A model generated the notes under the pieces. That model was not told the DNA's origin. It did no database searches and saw only the letters and a program-made list of their open reading frames with translations. The translations under genes and the position numbers were made by a program. DNA of 64,000 bases from Sphaerodactylus townsendi (taxonomy: Eukaryota), in NCBI RefSeq assembly GCF_021028975.2, contig NC_059427.1, positions 141,918,001-141,982,000 on the forward strand, given 5' to 3'. This document shows, piece after piece, positions 55,097 to 64,000 of the stretch (position 1 is the first letter of the stretch; each line of letters opens with the position of its first letter).

Positions 55097-58000
55097 ATGG
55101 CTCCAGTCTTATTTAAAATGCTGTTTATGGTCTTTGGTAGCATCCTGACAGCACACAGTAAGAACTTTCTCTCTTATGAATGGTGTCTCTCTCCCAAAAC
55201 GTTGCCCTTTGAACAGCCTAATTCAAGATGAATTTTTCCCTTTTCAGTTCAGGCATCTGTATCAGAAGAAGAAAAGAACGATCCTAATGGAACTGGTAAG
55301 TTTCTCTTGGAAGTCTGGCAGCTAGTAGCTTGCTCAGTACAGCTATGATCTTTTGTTTTGGTGGTTTCTTTAGGGTGGGCCTGGCCCCATTTTGGATGAA
55401 TGAAAGTACATTTTTATTAAGTTATAAATCTACATTGTCTGTGCAAAAACTCTATGGCACCTATCTACAAGATGCATATTTCCTTATTTTTTTCAGTTCA
55501 GCTATCTCTTCCAGACAGAAAGAATTATTAGGATCAACAGAAAAAAATTATATTGTAATAGTGAACATAATGGAAGAGGAACAATAGTGAATGTCAGTGT
55601 AGAAAATATGGAGAATCTGCTCAAGTTTCAAACTAAAATGTTACTAAAATATTGCTTGAGGCTTCAAAAGGGGAACTGGCAAGCTGGAATTTTTGTTTGT
55701 CATTCGCTTCTGCTTGTGTTTGAGTCATTAGTATCAACTTCAAAGAAATTACAAATTATACAGAAAAGATCATCTCAAGTTACATGATCTTATTTTTAAT
55801 AACCACTGTTTTTTTTGGGGGGGGGGGAAGGGGCTAAACCAGACAAGGTGTGTGCATGTGTGTGCGGCCACATCATAGAATCATAGAGTTGGAAGAGACT
55901 ACAAAGGCCATCCAGTCCAATCCCCTGCCATACAGGAATACGCAATCAAAGCACTCTTGTGTACTTTAATTGCGCTGAACGTGACACAAATATAGCATAC
56001 CCTCCACAGACATACAAATGGTGAGAGCTGACAACATTTGGGTACTAGCAATCACAGTATCTCTTTTCTGTCAGCATAATGCAATGTGACATTTCAAAAT
56101 TAATGGTCCATTACCATTTTTGTTCAGAACCTGTGTCTCACCCCGAGATCTACAGCCCCACAACAGAAGTCCACATAGGAGAGAATGTAACGCTGTCTTG
56201 CTTCTCAAAGACTGGTTCTCTGCCTATTAAGTACACGTTATATAAAGAAAGAAACAGAGTGCTACCTCCTGTGAACATGAGCAACAACGGAGAAAAGGCT
56301 GAATTCCATTTCACTATCAATTTAATCAGTGACCTGGGCGAATATAAATGCAAAGCTGAAAACAATTCTACTCAAGGAAAATATAGTCTTGGCTTCAACT
56401 TCACAATGACAGGTACGTGTGCATTTTCAACAGCAAGAGGAGAGATTTCCAGTTTTAGTTTCTGATCTTCAGCAGAACCAATCGTGTGTCTCACTGATGG
56501 ACATAAGATTCTGATGAATCCAGTACTGATAATTTGTAATAATCCAGTTGTAAATTATGAGAACTGACAGTACGCCTTACAAGCAGATTCCCAGTCTAGC
56601 AAGTGATATTAATATTTCTGTGCAGCATTTTGAACATATATAGTTGTCTTATACCAAGGTAGACCTAGGTACAACTAACCTAGTAGGGTCTACTCTAGCT
56701 GTGTCAGGTGGCACATCTGACATCAAACAGGGCTCTGCTCTCTGTAATGATAATGTGTTTTCCCTACTTGTGGCGTCCTGCCGCCTTTGTACTTGGTATG
56801 TAGATTGCCCCCAAGCGCTAGTTGGGCTGATAACCCTTTCTGTCAGCTTGAAAATGAACGATTGTCACATTCCTGTTTTCTAATGCTTTGCTTTGATACT
56901 TCGGGGGAAGGAAGGGAAGGAAGGCACCTTTCGGGCATACAAAGGATGCTAGAAGAGCCAGTGTTTAGAACTGGCTCCTTCTAAGGTTATGCTGCTGTCA
57001 ATAAAGGCTTCTGATTGAAATCACTGAGTCTGATATTGGTCCAGGTCCAGGCCTTGACAAGCTGCCGGTAACTCCCCAGGGATTCCCAGTAAGGCTTATG
57101 ATTCTTTGAACTGGAGATGTCAGTACTGAAGGTGGGATCTTCTGCATTCTTAGTATTTACTCTGCCACAAAATCTTCATATCCCTCTACCATTCTATGTG
57201 GGTTGAGCAGGTGAATACCTGTACCTTTATTCCTCCCCGGGACATGATACCCAGATGAGCCCTGTTGAGCTGCTTGGCTGCATCTTTTGGGGCAAATGCA
57301 GAGGTGGGATCCAGCAGGTTCTCACAGGTTCCCGAGAGTAGGTTACTAATTATTTGTGTGTGCCGAGAGGGGGTTACTAATTGGTGATTTTGCCATGTGA
57401 TTTTTGCCTTAGTTACGCCCCTCCTCTCAGCAGTAGCGCGCAGAACTTGAAGCAGTATAGCAGGAGGTGCACTGGCGTGCGTGGCAGCCTGCTCCTGCGT
57501 GCATTCCTCTTTCCCACCCAAGGACTGAAGCAAAGCGGCTGCATCACTGCCACAGCCCCGCTTCCAGGAATGCCCCACCTTAATTTCAGAATGCCTGGCC
57601 ATCGCCCCCCATCGTGCCCTCGCGCTTCCAGCCCCTTATTGGGTTATAATTTCAATACTACGCCACAGTTTGAATCCCACCACCATGGGAACCTGTTACT
57701 AAAATTTTTGGATCCCATCACTGGGCAAATGGGATCATGTGCATCTGAGGTCTCTAGTTATTACACAGGAATATGTGTTTACAAGTAACCACAACTGGAT
57801 TAGCATCAGAATCTATGTTTGCTGTACAGTTTTCTTAAATGGCAAAGACAAAAAAGGGAAATTCACCAAAAGGCAAAGAAATGTAGAAGATAAATGTTAA
57901 CTTGTACTTTGAATAACAAAAAAGATTCAGAACCATTAATTTAGGAATACTTCTAGTAGTTGGTGATTACATCTCTGATTAAGGGCAAGATGGCGTTGCG

Positions 58001-61000
58001 GCAACAGGTCTGTTGAAAACGCCTATCTCAGATTCTAATTTTAACTGTTATCAACTTATTGTAGGAGTTCTGCAGCTGCTGTTTTAGTTCTTTTATACTT
58101 TTATTATTGGAGTTTTGGAGTCCTTGACAGTTGCCAGCTGATAACAAGCTGAATAACTTAAAACAAAGAAACATCTTGCAAGTGTCCTTCAACGGCAACT
58201 GTTGCAGCTGCTGCTGCTGCAGTCAACTTAACTTTTAACTTTTAACTCTAAGTCTATAATTTTAAAGCAGTTTTAACAGTACAAAGCAGCACAAAGCAGT
58301 ACAAAGGAATGTTATGGTTGTCCGGGTGGGACTGAAAGCTATTACCCACCACTAGCAAAAGCATCGTAAATAAGATAACAAACTTGATACCTTAGGTGTA
58401 AAATGACTCGGAAAAAACGACAGAGAGCTGTTGAAGAAGCTGACATAATTCCTTCCCCCTCCTGTAAGCAACGGAAAATGAGAGACTATATCATGCCAAA
58501 TGATCCTGAAATGGCATTGTTACCAACAACTAAAATTCCAATTGCCAACAGGTTTTCTTTACTTGAAACAGAACAAGTGGCAATTACTCCTGAGGATGAG
58601 GATAACTCCTCTCAAGACACCGCCATTTCTTTAATCAGCGGAAGGGAGTCAGGAGTTGGTTCTGCAAAAGAAACTAATGCAAATACTGAGAACTTTTCTC
58701 AAACACCGGCGCCTGCTGCTGCTCTTAATACACATGAGCTCTGTCTCCTTGTTGCTAGAACACTTACAGATATCTACAAGGAACTTGGCAGTATCAATGA
58801 TCATTTAACCACTGTTAAAAAGTTGCTTTCAAAACCCACACCTGACGGCCATCCTTCCCTTAAAAGGAAATACAAAAGCCCTAAAGATATGCAAAGTCTA
58901 TCTCTTGAAAGAAAGAAAATTTGCCTGTATGTTTATAATCATCGTGGCATTCGACCAGAGTGGAACTCTATAAATTTGGCTAAACACCATCTTAGCATTT
59001 TACTCAAAAGGAAGCCCAGCTCCATTGATCTGGAGGGAATTGAAGTGTTGGATGCATTCCATAACTTATATGAATATGAACCCCAAAGAGTAATCCTCAC
59101 TTACGGCTCAGAACTTATACCAAGACTTTTACTTCACCAATCACTGATGCTTGCCCGAAAAGGAATTCAATTAACTCGTGTTTTTTCAAATGCAAACATA
59201 ATACCACTAATTTATAACCCAAATAACAATTGTGTCAACTATTCTCCTGACAAAGGTCATGATGTTGAGACAGCTGCCCTTCTGAAGCCAACTATTAATA
59301 CCTGAAGGCTGCTTCAAGTCCCCACCCGATGTCCCATCTCTTCAATTGGGACTGCACTCACAGTTTTATCGCCCAAAGTGTATAGGAACAGGAACTTTGA
59401 ATCAAACAATAAGGAAAGGTTTACTCAACCAGCGAAATGGGATCTTGTAAAGTCAATTGTGACCCCTAACACAAGTCCGTCGCATACTGTAGCAGAAGAT
59501 CTACTGTTTGCCAACGCTGAAGCTTCTTTGACTGCACCCCAGAAGGTCATTGACAGGAAGAATTATGCCTATCCTACTCCATCTCAACCTCTTCTGACTA
59601 CTAGATCAAGTTCTTCTAATCATCACTTGGCCCATATAGAACATCAAATGGAATATGACATTGATCTCCATGGTAGCACAACTCTAAATGCAGAAAGATT
59701 TGAGCCCTCAAAATATAAATCATGGGCCCAAGAACTACTAGAACTTACTCCACTCATCTACTCGCAAAATAACAACCTCATAGACGGGGGGAAGATACTT
59801 CACTGGAACAACTGTTTCTCAGAATTGTATTACATCTGATTCTCTGCAATGTTAATCTCTCATAATGTCCCAGAAACCTCTGGGCAGTCGTGATGTAAAT
59901 GGTTCTGTGTTGTTTTTTTTGATACTGGTAATTTCTCTTTTGGATCAAATAGTACAACCTAAGATTGATCTATCTAATTTCTACCCTCAGGCTCCATTCC
60001 ACAAAGATACGCATTACATTTTCTTTTGGAATATTGCAGGTGTGGGAAAAAAAAAAAAAACAAATGCCTGGATTTAGACTTTTTAAACTATATAAAAATC
60101 ATTTGATTGTATACTTTTTTGCAGGAAACATGGTTTGCTAAAGAGACATAAAACTTGGACGGTTTTGCTTTGGTCCCTGGAATCTGTCTTGCCCAAAAGA
60201 GAAGTGTATGTGGTAGGAGGTCAGCTTCCTAGTGGAGGGGCTAGTCATATTCTATAGACAACACCTTACAGAGTGTCTTTAATTCCTCCACTTAACCCCT
60301 TTAGCCCCAAGCTTTTTTCTATTAAAAGCCAAGGTTCTATTGTTATTCTAGATCTGTCTTCTAAATGTTTATCTGCTCTTTTACCTCTTATTCCTCCATG
60401 TCATTTGCAATGGGAAAAAATTAACTGGATTATCTAATGGCCTTAAGGAGGGAAATGAAACTTTTATCACAATTTCTCTTTACTTTTAGGGGATTTCAAT
60501 GCCAGGATAGGCTTAATAACAATTCAGCCTCTTGATTGCCCAGATGAATTTTAATAAAATGATGACTTAACCTCCTCGGCAGTTCTCGCCTCTGCCAAGA
60601 AAATCTAATAATCCTAAAAATAAACAAGGCGGGTGCTGGGGTTAATTGAATTCTGCATAACCAACAATTTAATAATTCTAAATGGTTCAATCAACTTCCC
60701 CTCCTCTAATGAGTTTACATTTGTTAACTCACAGGGATGTAGTGTAATTCCACTCATGGTCCTTTGCACAAATGATACCTTAAAAATAATTGATTCATTT
60801 GCCATCGGTAACAGAACAGAAAGCGATCACTGCCCGATTGAAATTCTCTTACAGACCAAAACTAATAGCAGAGAATCAGTCATTCACACCCCTCCACATA
60901 ATGATTCTAACATCATAAAAAGAATTATTTGGTCAACTGAAACTGAGAAGAAATTAACATTATTATATGACTCAAATGAACTCAGTGGAATTAGATCAAA

Positions 61001-63946
61001 CCTAATATCTTCTGAGTCCAGTGAAAGTATCAACATGCATTATTCCAACTTGATGGACCAGTTAATAACTGTGGCAAAACTTCCCGCTCTGAATGTTCGA
61101 CCTATTCAAACATGGTTTGATACAGAGTGTAGTAAGAATAAGAAGCACTTAAGAGCCCTATTCAACCAATTTCAAAAATCAAATGATTGTGAGTCCTATA
61201 AGAACTATCTTAGCCAAAAAATATCCTACCAAAGAACAATCCTCCTAAAGAAAAAAAATTTCCATCAAAACAATTGGAAACAATTATTTACTTCTCTAAA
61301 ATCAAGGAGTGGGAAACTCTTTTGGCAGACAGTTACAAAACATCTAAATCCTAAAGATCAAATTCAAATTCAAAATATTCCGTGTTCTTCTTGGTCTAAC
61401 TACTACTGTTCGATCTTTAATGTGTCCAGTGCTCCACTAAACCAGGTTGACAATGACGTTATGAACCATCTTCCAGTCTTGCCTCCTGTAAAAGTGGATG
61501 GAGTTGAAAAATATATATATGATATAAAATGAGGCAAAGCGCCTGGGCCTGACGGCATTCCTGCTGAGTTACTAAAGCAGAATCCCCACTGGTGGGGTCT
61601 CCCTCCACTCGCAAATTTGTTTACCCTTGTATATCATTATGGAATGATTCCAGACATGGCTGAATTCCATTATAATTCCCATTTTTAAAAAAAAAAAAAG
61701 GCAATCCCAATCTTCTCCTTGAAAACTATTACAGACCCATAACTCTTTGTCCATAATAGGTAAATTATATACAAAGCACCTGGTGAGCTGTTATCTTACA
61801 GATCTGCACACTTAAAAATTCAATTATAGGTCAGGAACAAATAGGTTTTATGGAAGGCAAATCAACAATAGATCATCATTGCTTTCTCTTAGCATTCCTG
61901 GCTAATAAATATATGAATCAGGGCACAAAGAAACTTTATGTGGCTTTCATGGACTTGAAAAGTGCCTTCTGATTCTCTGCAAAGGAGCACTCTGTGGAAA
62001 AACTTAGGGTACTACAAATGGATCCTCGGGCTTCTGTTTCTCATTATTAAAAAAAAATTCACTCAGATAATTATGGCCAGGTGAAATTTACAAATATGGG
62101 CTTATCTAACTCCAAAATTTCCAATCTCGACAGGTGTGTAAGACAGGGTTGCATTTTGGCTCCCCCCATCTTTTAATTTATATTATTTGAATGATTTAGG
62201 CCCCAATTCCTACAGTAAAACCAATGGACACCCACCAAAAGTTAAATACTAGGATACTCCTGTATTACTTTTTATGCTGATGACACTACAATCATGTCAT
62301 CATGTACACTCAGGAGTTGGTCTTTTAATGATACTTCTTGGCGTAATTTTCCATGACTACTGTCAAAAAAACAGTTTAGTTATCAACTATGCCAAATCAA
62401 AAATTCTAGTCTTTTCAAAATCTTGGAAACCGCAAAATTGGGCTATTGGTAACAACTCACTCAAACTAGTTAAGGAATTCAATTATCTTGGTATTGTTTT
62501 CCCAGCATAAACTTCAATGGTCCAAACAAAAAGCAAAAAGTACTTAGTCCTGCTAGCTGCTCAGCTTCCCTAATTACACACAATTTTTTTTACACCAAAG
62601 GCAACCAAATTGTTCCAGCTGCTGTAAGAATATTTGAAGCAAAAATAATCTCTATCCCTTCTGTATGGTTCACAACTTTGGCTACAGGAGTTTGACTCCT
62701 AATATTGAGAAAAATACAGTCCTCCTTTTACAGGAGTAAATCCTGGGTGTTCCAAAATGTGTCCCAAATAGGGTGATCTGTGCAGAACTGGGTATACACT
62801 CATATTGAAACAAAAAGCTTGGATTATGCTTTTTAAATTTTGGCTAAAAAAATATTCTTTTAGGTAAAGGAAAATTCGTGATTCTCCTATTTTAAATCTG
62901 ACCGACTGAGCATATCCTGGTTATTCCATATTGAATCCAAAATAAGAACACTAGGATTTTCCCTGGAATTTTCTCGAACCTCTTAACGAGGGAATAGAGA
63001 GCATTTAGATTGCTCAGCCAAAGACTGATTGATATGGAAATTCAGTCCCTTCTCACCCAGTACAACCTTGCATAAAGTTCCCCAGATTTTCTAAACCTAC
63101 CCATCCTACATGGGAAGATAGCAAAATACTTCTATAGTTTCGACATAGTCCATCTCACAAGAGAGCATTTATGCTTGCCAGAGTAAACGCTTCTCCTTCT
63201 AAAGTTACAATCGGGAGATTTCAAGGTGTTTTATCCGCTGACAGATTCATGCCCATGCTCTGTTAATGCTGTGGATACAATACAGCATATCCTCCTAGAA
63301 TGTCAGCTAAGACTCTGCATTACGTGTAGTCACCATATTAACCTCGCATTATTAAAGCTTAAACAAATCTGCCTTCTCGGCTTATGTAGTGAGGTATATT
63401 CACTTAGTGATGCATCTTCTGAGATAACCTTTAGGGTCGCTACATATCTAGCGGAAGTAATATCCCAAAGACGGTACTAAAATGTGTCCCTCAATGTATC
63501 AAATCATCTAAATTACATTGATTTGATGTCTGAGGCTCAGGTCATTGTGGTGAACATGGGAAGTCATTCAAATCAGTTTTGATTAACATATGGATGTTGC
63601 GGTGTGTCTCCGGAGAGTTTGTGTATGATTTGTCCTAACTTGGTGAACTGGATTCCTCGATGTATTGCTGTTTATCATACAAACATACTGTATGCAGAAT
63701 TAGTTATGCCTAATAAAGGTTTACTGTACTGTACTGTACATCTCTGATTAAAATACATTGTTCTTTTAAGTAAAATAATAGAACATTGAAAAAGAAGCAC
63801 TACCATGCCTAACCGTTGCACCTTTTTATTAGCAGGAGACAACCATAATTTAGCTGTGTTCATCGTGCCACCTGTACTATTGCTGCTGCTGCTGCTGGCA
63901 TTAGTTTTAGCAGTTCCACTGCTTATACTTCCCTGGTGTAAAGCAA
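55097..63946 (+). CDS. Single-Ig-domain type I membrane receptor, Allergin-1 (MILR1)/PECAM1/FCRL-like; cytoplasmic exons lie beyond the window
   Basis: Phase-1 exons: 55097-55157 (signal peptide MAPVLFKMLFMVFGSILTAH), 55248-55295 (IQASVSEEEKNDPNGT), 56128-56412 (C2-type Ig: GENVTLSC..GSLPIKYTL...DLGEYKCKAEN), 63833/63836-63946 (TM LAVFIVPPVLLLLLLLALVLAVPLLILPW). All have AG/GT boundaries and are in frame. Confidence 0.85.
56128..56412 (+). CDS. Ig-domain exon of the Allergin-1-like receptor
   Basis: 285-nt phase 1-1 exon; two canonical Cys, D-x-G-x-Y-x-C motif, four N-x-S/T sequons (NVT, NMS, NNS/NST, NFT). Confidence 0.9.
56702..57059 (+). mobile_element. Solo LTR in the receptor intron
   Basis: TGTCAGG...CCTTGACA; 5-bp TSD AGCTG; AATAAA at 57000. 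Confidence 0.85.
57299..57723. mobile_element. hAT MITE
   Basis: TIR CAG(A/T)G(G/A)TGGGATCCA; perfect 8-bp TSD GGCAAATG. Confidence 0.9.
57983..63736 (+). mobile_element. Full-length two-ORF non-LTR retrotransposon (RTE-X-like; L1/Tx1 not excluded)
   Basis: Perfect 15-bp TSD TACATCTCTGATTAA (57968-57982 / 63737-63751). 5' GGGCAAGATGGCG (YY1-like). ORF1 at 58403-59305. Frameshifted ORF2 with APE motifs (WNIAG, LQETW, GDFNARIG, SDHCP), RT motifs (KAPGPDG, RQGCILAP, YADD at ~62272) and a C-terminal Cys/His knuckle. AATAAA followed by a (TACTG)n tail. Confidence 0.93.
63833..63946 (+). CDS. Transmembrane exon of the Allergin-1-like receptor
   Basis: Long hydrophobic run; TAGCAG (NAGNAG) acceptor; GTAAGT donor. 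Confidence 0.85.
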
Positions 63947-64000
63947 GTAAGTCTACTGTTGCCTACCTGTGCTTCCACCAGAATTTCCCCCCATGTCATC

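Noticed and set aside
58403-59305. 300-aa ORF as a novel host gene
   Set aside because: It lies inside the TSD-bounded LINE, upstream of APE/RT, so it is the element's ORF1.
55097-63946. Assigning the symbol MILR1 or PECAM1
   Set aside because: Similarity is at the domain level only, synteny does not match mammalian MILR1/PECAM1, and the cytoplasmic tail is outside the window.

Overview
Eukaryotic genomic DNA from a squamate reptile, probably a gecko (inferred from Sauria-SINE, Squam3-like SINE, BovB, Penelope, CR1, L2 and SPIN/hAT content). Left to right it contains four things. (1) PRIM1 exons 1-10 on the minus strand (302-11555; exons 11+ lie off the left edge), with a minor-spliceosome AT-AC intron 7. 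(2) A ~20.7-kb tandem duplication (unit A 10352-31043, unit B 31044-51865). Each unit has a 4-coding-exon HSD17B6/RDH16-family short-chain dehydrogenase on the + strand. Copy A has a 1-bp frameshift and a Gly->Asp change in a conserved motif; copy B is intact (318 aa). Unit B also carries a stranded copy of the PRIM1 promoter and exons 1-2 pointing antisense into copy A. (3) A single-Ig-domain type I membrane receptor of the Allergin-1/PECAM1/FCRL-like class, from 55097 past the right edge, with a myeloid-type promoter and a full-length 5.75-kb two-ORF LINE in the intron before its TM exon. (4) Many transposons, several datable by filled/empty-site comparison between the two units. I cannot prove a wholly new biological system from sequence alone. 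The best leads are the duplicated PRIM1 promoter/CTCF module aimed antisense at a paralog pair with identical last exons, the orphan Ig receptor, and MITEs carrying the same ZNF143/THAP11 motif as the PRIM1 promoter.
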